A stretch of 64,000 nt of DNA from Octopus vulgaris (Eukaryota): assembly GCA_951406725.2 (NCBI GenBank), contig OX597820.1, positions 77,562,001 through 77,626,000 on the forward strand, read 5' to 3'. Below, one piece after another: positions 26,632-40,931 of the stretch. The first letter of the stretch is position 1. Every line of letters starts with the position of its first letter. The position numbers were made by a program, and so were the translations under genes. The notes under the pieces were generated by a model. The model was not told where the DNA came from and ran no database searches. It saw only the letters and a list, made by a program, of their open reading frames with translations.

Positions 26632-26830
26632 CAACACCAACAACATTGAAAAATATCTTAAGTATGTGAACCCCGGTTCGAAATTTCTCCAATACTCCCG
26701 ATGAAGGCTGGAGGGTATATCAGCCGAAACGTTGTATTTACTACAATCAAGATGAGGACAAATATCCGTCAAATGTATATAATGTGAATAATGTACATAA
26801 TTCCTCATCTCTTAAATATAGAACTGTATT
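26385..26830 (+). mobile_element. Composite element, tandem form: hammerhead - tRNA head - (TAA)n - hammerhead - tail
   Basis: Cores CUGAUGA at 26454 and CCGAUGA at 26698, stem II GGCUG/CAGCC, GAAAC-GUU at 26726-26733; tRNA-like head at ~26526-26598. Confidence 0.8.
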
Positions 26831-26835
26831 AACCG

Positions 26836-27145
26836 TAAGAATATATTAATAGGAATTTATGGTAGCGTTTCAAATTTTCCTTTGGTAGTATGAAAGGAGT
26901 CGGCGAGATGGCACAATCGTTAGCAAGTAGAGCAAAATGCTTGGCGATATTTCGTCCGTCTTCGTGTTTTGAGCTCAAATCCCGTCGAGGCTGACTTTAC
27001 TTTTTATACTTGCGAGGTCGATAAAATAATTACCAGTCGAACACTGGGGTCGATGTAATCTCTCTCTCTCTCTCTCTTTCTCTCACACACACACACACAC
27101 ATACCGAACTCGCTGACCTTATGCCAAAATTTCAAACCGATATTA
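26836..27145 (+). mobile_element. Nin-domain SINE, diverged
   Basis: ggcgagatggcacaatcgttagc...gaggtcgataaaataattaccag...ctggggtcgatgtaatc. Confidence 0.7.
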
Positions 27146-28537
27146 TGAAAGAAGTGGAACAAACTTACTTTTTGTAAAACGTATTTCTTTCAATAGTTCA
27201 TTTGAAACTACGATTCCCTGCCGTGTGATATACATTCCAAAAATATTTAGTAGAAGATACATGTATGCATATGTCCAAATTGTACCGATCCTCTGCTATA
27301 TTTTTACAGCGTCTAACATACGCCCTTCCTACCCAGGTAACAGATCACATTACTGTACACCAAGCTAGCACTAACGAAATATTATGCCTTATAACTCAAA
27401 GTTGTAATATTTTCAGATTTATCAAACGAATAATTGTAAATTTTGTTATGTGATTTATGCACTGTTAGTGACAAGATTTTTATCGCAGATTCGCAACAAG
27501 TTATGTGGTAACTATTCGTCTTGAAAAATCTGCTGAAGATTAACAATCTTATGATGGTAACAGTAGTAGTCATAATACTATAATCTCTCAAAACAATTGA
27601 AAAAAAGAAAGAAAATAAAAGCCACAGCAGTAACATATTTATGAACATACCCAAACCAAATACTTTTATAGAATACAGAGAAAAAACATGGCATCAGAAT
27701 TGTAAATGCCAGTCTATAGTTTTTAATTTAAAAGAAGCTTAAAGTCAAGTCACTGTTATGCCCAATTAGAATGAATTATATGAAACCTCACTTTGTATTG
27801 GTTTTCTTTGATACAGCAACACTTAATCTGTTTTACAAATGGGATCTCTGAACAATAACTGAATCTATAGGATTTGTGATTTAGCATTTTCTTCTATTTA
27901 GACGAATCAAATACCATTGCCAATGTTGTACTATGAGAATGAAAATGATATTTAGTTTTATTTAATTAAAAACCCATGTTTATCTCTTACATTCAGGAAA
28001 ATTGGCCTGCTATTTTAAAGCGAGAGAGCATTAGATTAAATTGCCTGAACCATGAAATTAAATGCATTTACGAATTACAAGAAAATTATCACGTGGTAGA
28101 GGTTACTTTCTCTTCCCCCAATAAAATTAATAAAATAAGTACTATTCAATCTTGGAGAAGATATAATTGACTCTGTCCTGCAGCAAATATGCGGTGTGCT
28201 GTAATGAGAGAGGACGCAACAGAAATAATGGATTCTATTATATGCTTTCATGAAGCTACATCATTAAAAAAGTTGCCTTATTCGCCCTTAAGATATATTG
28301 ATATACGTAAAATAGATTAAATCTTCGAAATGCGATTCTGAAGTGAGGCATCCAAAAGGTTTTTTGATATCAACGGACAAGTACTGTCTCTAATAGCATC
28401 ACATGTATTATTACATATCTACCGCTGCATGAAAGAGACCACTGACAGCCAAGTGTATCTGACGAAAATAGACCGAAGGACGTTGAGAGACGTGAATTTC
28501 AGCGTAAATAGTACCATCACAAAGTAATACTTTATGT

Positions 28538-29105
28538 GGGGTAGCGAGCTGGCAGAAACGTTAGCATGCCGGGCGAAATGTGCAACCGTATTTCGTCTGC
28601 CGTTACGTTCTGAGTTAAAATTCCGCCGAGGTCCACTTTGCCTTTCATCCTTTCGGGGTCGAAAAATTAAGTACCAGTTACACACTGGGGACGATATAAT
28701 CGAGTTAATCTGGTTGTCTGTCCTTGTTTATCCTCTCTGTGTTTAACTCCTTGTAGGTAGTAAAGAAATAGAAATAGATATTTCGTCTGCACCTACGTTC
28801 TGAGTTCAAATTCCGCTGAGGTCGACTTTGCCTTTCATCCTTTCGAAGTCGATTAAATAAGTACCAGTTATACACTGGGGTCGATGTAATCGACTTAATC
28901 CGTTTGTCCATCCTTGTTTATCCCCTCTGTATTTAGTCCCTTGTGAGCAATAAAGAAATAAGAATCGTTAGCACACCGGGCGAAATGCTAAGGGGTAATT
29001 TTTCTGTCCTTACGTTCTGAGTTCAAATTCCACCGAGGTCGACTTTGTCTTTCATCCTTTCGGGGTCGATAAATGAAGTACCAGTTGTGTATTGGAGTCA
29101 ATCTA
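28538..29105 (+). mobile_element. Nin-domain SINE tandem trimer
   Basis: Three successive B-box plus Nin-domain modules; the first two end in a tail like cctctgt(g/a)ttta..ccttgt....a(g/a)taaagaaata. Confidence 0.85.
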
Positions 29106-29120
29106 ACTGCCTGTGCCCAC

Positions 29121-29410
29121 GGGCATATGGCGTAGTGGTTAAGAGCGCGGGCTACTAACCCCAAGATTCCGAGTTCGATTCCAAGCAGTGACCTCAACAA
29201 CAATAAAAACAACAACAACAACAACAACAACAACGATAATAATAATAATAATAATAATTACATCGGAATACCTTGGGAAGGACAACCCAGGTTTGAAATT
29301 TCCCCAAGACACCTGATGAAGGCTGGAGGGTATATCTACAGAAAAAGCTGTGTTAACAACAAAGATGAGGCCAAATATCCGTTGAATATAAATACTGTAA
29401 ATAATGCATT
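29121..29410 (+). mobile_element. tRNA-head/(CAA)(TAA)n/hammerhead composite element, copy D (monomer)
   Basis: gggcatatggcgtagtggttaagagcgcgggctactaaccccaagattccgagttcgattcc head; GACAC-CUGAUGA-A-GGCUG.. at 29308-29354 with 3' half decayed. Confidence 0.8.
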
Positions 29411-29754
29411 ATATTTAAGGTCACAAGCTGGCAGAACCGTTACCGTACCGATCAATATCCTTAGCTGTATTTCTTCCCTCTCCTGTTGACTTTGTTTCAG
29501 ATCACTTCAGGGTCAATAAAATAAGTAACAGTTGTACACAGGGTTCGATGTAATCGATTATCCCTCTTCCCACAAAATTGCTGCTCAGGTGCCAAAATTC
29601 GAAATGAATATATACGAGGTGGTGCTGAAAATATCCTGGTTCTAAGAGTATCGCGAATGGCCTTGTTAGTGGCCTAACCTTCTGAGTTCTTTTACATGCT
29701 TAGAAAAAAAACTGTAGGACTGCTGAAATAAGTGTGCGGATCTGTGAGTGGAAT

Positions 29755-29964
29755 ATATACTCTTTACTTGTTTCAGTCATTTGACTGCGGCCTGCTGGAG
29801 CACCGCCTTGAGTCGAGCAAATCGACCCCAGGACTTATTCTTTGTAAGCCTAGTACTTATTCTATTGGTCTCTTTTGCCGAACCGCTAAGTTACGAGGAC
29901 GTAAACAGACTAGCAACGGTTGTCAAGCGATGTTGGGGGGACAAACACAGACACACAAACATAT

Positions 29965-30006
<42 letters not shown>

Positions 30007-30220
30007 ACAAAGGGTAAAATTAATTAATTAAGAAGTAATCAATAATTTCACCAAGTAGAATTCGGCATGAAAAAGAACCATCTGCGTCGATTGTTTTCAA
30101 GTATTTTGGTTTTTCTGGGAGTCCCTTTTTAAAGTAGAAGAAATAGCTAAGGTTTTTTGGCTGCCATTTCTAAACTTCGGTATGTGGTAAAGCAAATCTT
30201 TGCTGAAACCTAATTATAAA

Positions 30221-30252
<32 letters not shown>

Positions 30253-30399
30253 CGGGAAGCCTTATGAAAATAAACAAAAGACGAAGGCAGGTGGAGTACA
30301 AACAAACAATTGTATTAGTATGGCGCTCAGGAATATAAATAAAACAAGTCGTTTACGTTTCGAGCCTACGCTCTTCAACAGAAAGATACACAGAAAAGA

Positions 30400-30436
<37 letters not shown>

Positions 30437-30728
30437 CGTAAAGTATACTACCCATCACAATATGGATAACCACTAAGGGTGGGTGTTTGGCTAGTATACT
30501 TTACGTTGTCGAGCAGTTACTGATTACATCTCGTTCAGAGATTTATTATTGCTATATATATATACGACGGGCTTCTTTCAGGTTCCGTCTACCAAATCCA
30601 TTCACAAGGCTTTGGTCAGCCCGAGGCTATTGTAGAAGACACCAGCCCAAGGTGCCACGTAGTGGGACTGAACCTGGAACCATGTGGTTCCTTAAGCATG
30701 CTACTTACCACACAGTCACTCATACGCC
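29755..30728 (-). mobile_element. Family 2 SINE split at its internal (TA)n by several short insertions
   Basis: 3' part at 29755-29990 and 5' part at 30560-30728; the intervening pieces are each bounded by TA repeats. Confidence 0.75.
30351..30385 (-). ncRNA. Minimal hammerhead-like motif, CUGUUGA core
   Basis: Minus strand CUUU-CUGUUGA-A-GAGC GUAG GCUC-GAAAC-GUA-AAAC; same motif as 51199-51234. Confidence 0.65.
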
Positions 30729-31216
30729 AATGGTGAATAAAACCGTAGATTAATTGCATTTTTTTTTCTTATTCAAAGCTAGAAACTTTCCAGCAACCCT
30801 CCATATATCATTTTCTGAACTTAAAGAAACTAAAACGGAGTATGGCTGTAAAATTTTAGTGGAAGTATGCATTTAATAATTTTTTAATAGAAGCAAAAAT
30901 ATTCATTAAGAACAAAGGAGAAACTTCATAGAAATCTTAATTCATGACTTCTCAACTTTGAAATTAAATTCAATGTTAATTCATTTTGATGAATTAAAAA
31001 TCTTATAAATAATATATTTTATTTTTAATTAACAAATTATTAATTTATAAATTTCAATTAATTATTAATTTATAAATTTCAATTAATTATTAATTATCAA
31101 ATCGAATATTCAGCCATTTAAAAAAAATATAAGGAAGGCAAAAACGTAAATAGCGGTTGAGAAATAATAATAATAATACTAAAAAAAACAATAACAACAA
31201 TAACATTACTAATACA

Positions 31217-31255
<39 letters not shown>

Positions 31256-31679
31256 GACGATGACGACGACGACGAGGAGGAGGAGGAGGAGGGAAATAAT
31301 GATATTGGTAATGATTTTCAGAAACAAATCGCATTTAACAACATGACAGAATCACAGATTGATATAACCGTCAGTCTTAGAGAAAATGGAGGACTTTTGG
31401 AAAAAAAACATAAATCATTATTTAAGTAAATGCAAACATAAAGAAAGAATACATCTGCTGCCATGCTTGCAGTAAATGACTCCGAGTATGTGGATACACA
31501 ATTTCAGGACATTCGTAAGAACACGGTTCTGAAGCTGTGGCATAGATTACCCATCACGGGGCATTATAAGTTTTCTTCATGAAAAACTGATCACGCTTTT
31601 GACGCATGCAAAGTATGGTTGTAGAGGATAGAAGAAAACAGTATAAAATCATTAATTTTGCAATATTCTATGATTAACA

Positions 31680-31880
31680 AGGCGGCGAGCTGGCAGAAAC
31701 GTTAGCACACCGCGTGAAATGCTTAGCATTTTTTCGTCTGACTTTACGTTCTGAGTTCCGCCGAGGTCGACTTTGCCTTTCATTCTTTCGGAGTAGATAA
31801 ATTAAGTACCAGTTGCGCACTGGGATCTATCTGATCGACTGGCCCCCTCCCCTAAAATTGTGCCTGAATTAGAAAAGAAT
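31680..31880 (+). mobile_element. Nin-domain SINE
   Basis: ggcggcgagctggcagaaacgttagcac...gaggtcgactttgcctttcattctttcgg...aagtaccag. Confidence 0.8.
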
Positions 31881-32059
31881 ATTCTATGATTTATAGACTG
31901 GATGCTAAAGAATCTGAGGAAATTGATAAATATAATAGACAAGCCACAAAGATGAGGACTTTGTGGAAGACTAGCAATTTGAACGACTCTCAAACTGGTA
32001 AATATAAGACAGAATTATATTGGAATTAGGACACATGTTGTGTTCTGCAATTATCCTGA

Positions 32060-32600
32060 GACATTCTTGCACCTTTGTAGGATGTGTGGTAGCAGAAACA
32101 AAACAATCTCACATATTGTGAGTGAGTGTGGTAAGGTGGCCCCAAAGCACCACAGCAGGAGGCACGATAACGTAGCTAAGTTCGTCTATTGAAGGTTATG
32201 GGAAAAGTACGGTTTGAACAATGAACGGAAATGGTACGAACATGAACCAGAAGAAGCCACCGAGAACAAGGAGTATAAGGTAGTGTGGGAGTTAAAATTC
32301 AATGTGATTCCCTAATCGATGCTCGGAGACCAGATATATCTGTGGTAGATAAGATTATAGATATTGGAATACTTGGGGATGCACGCATAAGTGACAAAGA
32401 ACTAGAACAGACAACCAAAAGACGAAATTGCAAGACTATGGACTATGAAGAGAGTTTCTGTTATTTCTGTAGTTGTAGGGATACTCGGAGTTCTAACAAC
32501 CAAGTTCAAGAAATATGTCATAAAATTAGGAATTGACATAAGAGCAGAACAAGGCCAAACAGCTGCTCTGCTTGGGACGACTAGGATTTTGAGACTGGTA
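32060..32600 (+). pseudogene. Old R4/Dong-like CCHC plus RLE endonuclease fragment
   Basis: CRMCGSRNKTISHIVSEC..RRHDNVA..KWYEHEP..RRPDISVVDK..ISVVVGILG..ALLGTTRILR, with stops and frameshifts. Confidence 0.85.
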
Positions 32601-33521
32601 TGTGGATTTTCAATGTCTCCCACGATAAATAGCAACCCAAGTATCAAAGCTTATATTGTGCACAAAGAAAACTTGTGAGACTTCTGGCAACAAGCTTCTG
32701 TCCGCCCTCACAGAATCTACCAGAACAAACAAGACAGAACGTTCTGAGAAGTGAAACGGTAATAAAAAAGGTTGTCTACACCAAATATTCTCTTGAATAA
32801 AACAGAATTCCTTGTCAGTTGCTTTTAAATGGTTAAACAGTTGAGCATATTGCTTAGTGGCTGACAATATTTGCATCTCTAATCCCGAGCAGTAGTAGTA
32901 GGGGACCCTCATAGCCGCGTTGAGAGGAATTTCTTCAGGTTTAAACCCACGTCTAGAAACAAGTGTTTTGTTATTTAAAGAACACTCATTCAGGGAACCA
33001 TTGACTGAAAAAATTCTAACTGGGCCCCACCTCCAAGCTCATGAGCTGCTTATTTTCATATAAGGTCACCATATCACTCACAGGTGGTGATGCATATTCC
33101 TGGTGTACCCTTATCAAGCGGGTAGTCATGATGGGTATATTGGGCTTCGTATATATGTATTTGTTTTGGTGAGAGTACGACAGCTCATGACGAGAATAGA
33201 CTGGACCACTACATATAAATAGTAGCAGTCTGATGTATCGACAGACCGTAGTTTGCTCTTCGAAGTCCCGGTACAGTTTACAGTTTGAGTTAGTGTGTTG
33301 GGAATATTGATTGACAGTTGGTAAAAGATTGTTGGTTCGTCACGTGTTTATTAGTGCCGCTGTTTCTATTTTCTATTGTTATAATACTGTTACAGTATCG
33401 CCGACAATATCAGCCGTACTACGATACTGGAGTCGTAAGGATATAATATTCTGACGACGAAGATTTTTCGAAGCTCACGTAGGCTATTTGAATCATACAA
33501 ATTGTTAAATTATGTTAAATT

Positions 33522-35965
33522 ATGGCGAACATATTAGCTGCTGTAATACAGCTTCAAGAGAAGCAAGAGGGACAACTACAGCAGTTGAAGAAGCCAATAT
33601 TACAACAACAGTTAATTGATTTACCGTCAACGAAGTCTGAAAATTCAGTAAGTTCGTTTACGCCAGACACCGTGGCGAACTCGATTTCTGAATTCACTTA
33701 TAATCTGGAGGAGAGTTTTACGCTTCCTGCGAACTATGGAAAGTATGAGGACATTTTTAACGAATATTACAAGTCATGGTCGGATGAGGAGAAAGTGTAG
33801 TTATTAGTACGCAAGGTAAATAAGGCACAGCATGAACGCTTCTGTAACTGTATATTGTCCAAAAACTATTCAATTACTATCAAAGAACTTTTGTGACAAA
33901 GTTCGCTATTTAACACTCCAGTGGGGTGTTTGAACTAAGCAAAAAATGACGATGATGAATTTATTACATACACCGGAGAAGTAGTCAACCGTTATATGTG
34001 AAAACTCTAAACTTCAGGAACTCACTCAGGATATGTTTAAATCTCTTATCTTCGTAGGTCTCACGGCAACCGAAGATAGAGGGATTCAGGCAAGAATTCT
34101 CTCAAAAATGAAGGAAGCGAACCAAGACTTAACTATATAGATCATTGCAGAAGAATGACAAGCAATGGTAATCCTGAAGCATGACGTGAAATGAATTCAA
34201 GAGAAAGATTCCGCAAAAATACAGATGTGTCGACCAGGAAAATAAAACCAAGAAGGAGTGTCAGTTCTCAATCCATATTATGGATATGGAGGCCTACACT
34301 TCAAAAGAAGAGTGTGTGTTTAAGAAAAAATCAAAACACTATAGTTACCCTTGTTCACAAGGGTTCACAGTGCAGGATAAGATTACGAGGGTCGAATGCA
34401 AAAAGTTCTGAGGTGCTTTCAGCTGAAAGTGAATGCGACACAAAAGCAAGAAAATTCGCACATGTGGTGTAAGTATTAAACTACAGTTCTATACGGGTAG
34501 TGATAATTCAAACATAAATGCGGATACATGGGGAAAAATCGGGAAACTGATATTACGTAAAACAGCGAAAATTGCACGTGGCGTGTCAGGCGATGAATTA
34601 CATTTTATGGGCGAAATGTGTACATGTCACATTTCGGGGAGAAACACGCGAAGCAAAAATATTCATTGTGGCGGATAAAATCAATCTGTTTGATACAGAT
34701 TGGTTTGAATTATTTGACTCATGGCATCCCCCCATAAGTCATTACGGCAAAAAAAATAATAAATGGTTGCCCCGTTAAAGATAAATTGTCTGGGGAATTG
34801 AAAAAAAAATTGAAAAAGATGTTTCCTAAATTACTATCGGAGAACTCAGGTCTATGTTATTATACGGAAGCCTGCTTTCAAGTAAGTGAAAACATTATGA
34901 TTGTATTTAAAGCTAACGGAGAAGTACCGTTCGCAGCAAGCTGAAATCATAAATGAAAAGTTGAACAAATTAGAACAGAGTGGAATCATAAAAAATGTGG
35001 ATTAGTCTAAGCGAGCGGCGTCCACGGTGTGCATTAAAAAGAAAAATAATAATAGGCTGTGTAACGATTTCTCTACAGGACTGAACAACTGTTTAAAGAC
35101 ATGCCACCATGCATTCCCAACTCCGGAGGACATTTTCGCAAAATCAAATGGTAGGAAACTTCCCTCCAAATGGGATCTGTCTGATGTTTATTTACAGATT
35201 AAAGTAAACGACAAATGCTCAAAGTATCTGACAGTAAGTACACATAGAGAGTTGTGCAGATATAGCCATTTCCATTTTGGCTTAATGGTTGCACCGGCAA
35301 TATTTCAGCAAGTCATGGACGCTATGTTATCTCATTGGGAATTTGCAATCCCTTATTTGGACGATATATTGATTACGATTAATTCATTTTGAGTGAAGAA
35401 GAATGCAAATCCTTTTTGCCTTAAATTAAGTACTCAGGGCAAATAATTGATAACAATGGTAGACGGCCTGACCCATCGAGGGTAGATGTAATAAAGAATA
35501 TGCCTGCTCCGACAAATATACCAACATTACAAGCGTTTCTTTCGCTGGCAAATTACTACCAAAGCAACATTCCCAACATGCAAATTAAGAGCTTCGTTGA
35601 ATGACTTATTAAAAAGGGAAGTAAAGTGGAATTGGTCGGGGAAATGCCAATGTGCGTTCGAAGACATGAAAAAAATTCTAATCGCTGATTTGTCTGTAGC
35701 GCATTTCGATCCTGAAATGGATATTGTTTTAGCGTATCCAGCTTCGGAGCACGGAATAGGGAAATACGAAACCAGTGATTCATATTCCGCGCTCACTGAT
35801 AGGTGCAGAGAAAAATACAGTCCTGACGTTCTTGTGCGCTACTGGTAGGATTTAACCCAGTACAACCTGTTGCGTGCCCCGGGAGATCGAGAAATTTGTA
35901 AAAGCTGGTAGAGATTGTGCGCTCGGCAGCCAAAGTGCCACCAGTAAAATAATTATCATGTCCTA
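33522..35965 (+). pseudogene. Decayed Gypsy gag-pol
   Basis: Gag-like TVANSISEFTYNLEE; protease FYTGSD; RT DLSDVYLQI..FGLMVAPAIFQQVMD..YLDDILI; LNDLLKREVKWNWS; integrase zinc-finger remnant REIEKFVKAGRDC. Confidence 0.9.
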
Positions 35966-36057
35966 TGAAAGGGCCGATATTGTGTAAAAATTCAAATTCC
36001 TAATCTAAAATTCCAAGCCGAACAACTTGAGATAAGGCCCCAGTGAAAAAAGATACC

Positions 36058-38188
<2,131 letters not shown>

Positions 38189-39380
38189 AGCCATAGAAAC
38201 ACTAAGGAAAGCCATAGAAACACTAAAGGAAAGCCATAGAAACACTAAAGGAAAGCCATAGAAACACTAATATGGGCCAGTTTAGCAACGGGGAAAAATA
38301 ACTCTCAAAGACTGGAACATCTACAATACCTCGTGAGTATTTGAAATTCTCTTCAAAGTGGGTTAAAAAATTTACAAATTTACATATCTGCAGCTTTCAA
38401 ACATACATCCGATCGGCTTTAAAAACTTTAATACCCACAACCGCCTCTGTAAGCACCCTTTTTTTTTCTTCTCTCTAAAAACATCACGCTTTTCTTTTTG
38501 TGGACTTGCAAAACCCTAAAACTTTCTATGAAAATCTGACTTATCTTTGCTTCCTCCCAGAATATTCAAATATAAATGTAAACATATACTCTTTATTGCA
38601 AAAACACACCTGTTAAGAAAAATTTACAAATTTACATATCTACAGTTTTCAATCATACATTCGACCAGCTTTAAAAACTTTGATACCCACAATTGCCTCT
38701 GTAAACATCCTTTTTTTTTTCTTCTCTCTAAAAACATCACGCTTTTCTTTTTGTGGACATACAAACATCTCTAGAGGGGTCAACTTCAACCTCCACAATA
38801 TTACCTTGCACGAAATATACAAACACTTTTTATTGCAATAACACAAACGCACATGGAAAAAATAATGATGCTAAGATTCTCTCTGGTCGAACACAGCTTC
38901 TCTATTCACAAATAATACAGAACAGCCCTTCAAAATAAGTTAAGAAAAATTTACAAATTTACATATCTACAGTTTTCAATCATACATTCGACCAGCTTTA
39001 AAAACTTTGATACCCACAATTGCCTCTGTAAACATCCTTTTTTTTTCTTCTCTCTAAAAACATCACGCTTTTCTTTTTGTGGACTTACAAACCCTAAAAC
39101 TTTCTATGAAAATCTGACTTTTCTTTGCTTCCTCCCTGAATATTCAAATATAAATGTAAACATATACTTTTTATTGTAAAAACACACCTGTTCTTCTAAC
39201 TGGACATACAAACATCTCTAGAAAAGTCAACTTCAACCTCCACAATATTACCTTACAGGAAATATACAAACAATTTTTATTGCAATAACACAAACGCACA
39301 TGGAAAAAAAATGATGATGCTAAGATTCTCTCTGGTCGAACACAACTTCTCTATTCACAAACAATACAGAACAGCCCTTC
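38189..39380. repeat. 22-bp tandem repeat (gccatagaaacactaaaggaaa, ~x4) followed by a modular triplication
   Basis: Module aaaaatttacaaatttacatatct.. starts at ~38366, ~38618 and ~38946, with two further modules reshuffled. Confidence 0.85.
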
Positions 39381-40094
39381 CTTAATTTTTCTTAAGCCTA
39401 ATAGTAGTAAACATTTGAACTTTTTTTGACCGATAGGACCCCACCTAAAAAAAAAAAAATATATCACTGATGGTGATGGTGATGATGGTGATGATGATAA
39501 TAATGATAGTAATAGTGCTGATAATCTATCTATCTATCTACACACACACACACACTCAAAGAGTTCAACCAACACAAAGAAAGTATTATTTGACAGGCAA
39601 GAACTCTGGTGTTGAAGACAGTCAGCCAGCCAACCACCAAGCCAGCCAACGAGACACTACTGTGATGGTGATAATGATAAAAAAACAAAAATAACAATAA
39701 TAAGATACTGCTGTGACTACACATAAAACAATATCATTGATGATGATGGTGGTGATGGTGATGGTGATGATGATAATGTTGAGGGTAATGGTGGTGGTAA
39801 TGATGATAGTGATGGTAATGGTGATGATAATAACAATAATAAGCCGACTACGGCTGCTATAATGGTACGATTATAATTGTAACGGCAATGATGGCCGTCT
39901 CCCCACGAGCCAATCAAAGCTAAAAAATGATAACATTATCGTAGCACCAAAATGTTTTTGGAAACTAAAAGGAAAACTAAATCAGTATACCAAATCGCTT
40001 GTCCTATGGTTAATCTGGAAGCGCGTCCCCAAGGAAGAGCCAGCCTGGGATCGAAAAGTCATCAACTGGCACAAACTCTTCCCCGAATACGGAC

Positions 40095-40931
40095 ATGGAT
40101 GGTCACTTGAACGGGAAATCCCCCAACTCGAACCCTCCAAGTTCACCACCACAACCACCACAGAAAGAAAAATGTAAGCGGAACAAATGGACCCGAGAAG
40201 AGTATAAAGAAGTAATATACGCTTATTACTATGCATTAGGTAGGCCATCTCAAGAGAGACACACCGCAAACTCTTACAGTATATGGAGAACACGGAATCA
40301 AGACAGTAGGCCCTATTTAGACGAGAACAAATTAGCAAATGTGAGGAGGGATATCCTTAGAAATAACAGACTCACAGACAGTGAAATAAGCGCGATCAAG
40401 CACGCCACGGAAAATGACATAAATATAAGACACAAAGGAAATGAAGAATCAGATGAACAGTATAGCCCGCCACGAGGCTTAATTGAAAGACTGCCATCTG
40501 ACCAAAGTACGCAAAGGCCTGAAGATACAAGAAATTCTATTGTACCTGTTAAAGATAGCCAGGAAAACGAAAAAACAACAGTAACTGAAGATCTCGCATT
40601 TTCTGAAGAACACAGAGAGTCTATGGCAGAAATGAGGCAGAAAATCCTGAATACGCTTGAAGTTGTAAGACATACAAGTATGAATGATAGAGAACCACTT
40701 CATAATCTCTCAAATACAAACCAAAATAAAAAACAAATCCAAATTGGCAACTATGTAACAAGTGAAATAATACGAGAATTAAAACCTGATTTTACTGAGT
40801 TAAATGAAATTATTTACGCTTCCGCTAGGGCAATTGAAACCAGCTGTATGCCCCCGAAAAACAAAGAAAACAAAACCTGGGAAGAAATCAAACCTGGAGA
40901 AGTAAAATTGAAAAAGAGATTGAATTTATGA
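40095..40931 (+). CDS. N-terminal part of the R4/Dong polyprotein (278 aa; frameshifted from the RT part)
   Basis: RNKWTREEYKEVIYAYY..LANVRRDILRNNRLTDSEI, a Myb-like N-terminal region typical of R4-clade proteins. Confidence 0.8.
   Translation: MDGHLNGKSPNSNPPSSPPQPPQKEKCKRNKWTREEYKEVIYAYYYALGRPSQERHTANSYSIWRTRNQDSRPYLDENKLANVRRDILRNNRLTDSEISAIKHATENDINIRHKGNEESDEQYSPPRGLIERLPSDQSTQRPEDTRNSIVPVKDSQENEKTTVTEDLAFSEEHRESMAEMRQKILNTLEVVRHTSMNDREPLHNLSNTNQNKKQIQIGNYVTSEIIRELKPDFTELNEIIYASARAIETSCMPPKNKENKTWEEIKPGEVKLKKRLNL

Noticed and set aside
29121-29195. Functional tRNA gene (ACT, Ser-like anticodon)
   Set aside because: Acceptor, anticodon and T stems pair poorly, and it is always attached to the same repeat tail; treated as a SINE head
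31157-31429. Poly-N/D/E ORF resembling an acidic protein
   Set aside because: Compound trinucleotide microsatellite; no splice or domain support
38189-38269. CRISPR-like 22-bp repeats
   Set aside because: Directly adjacent repeats with no spacers
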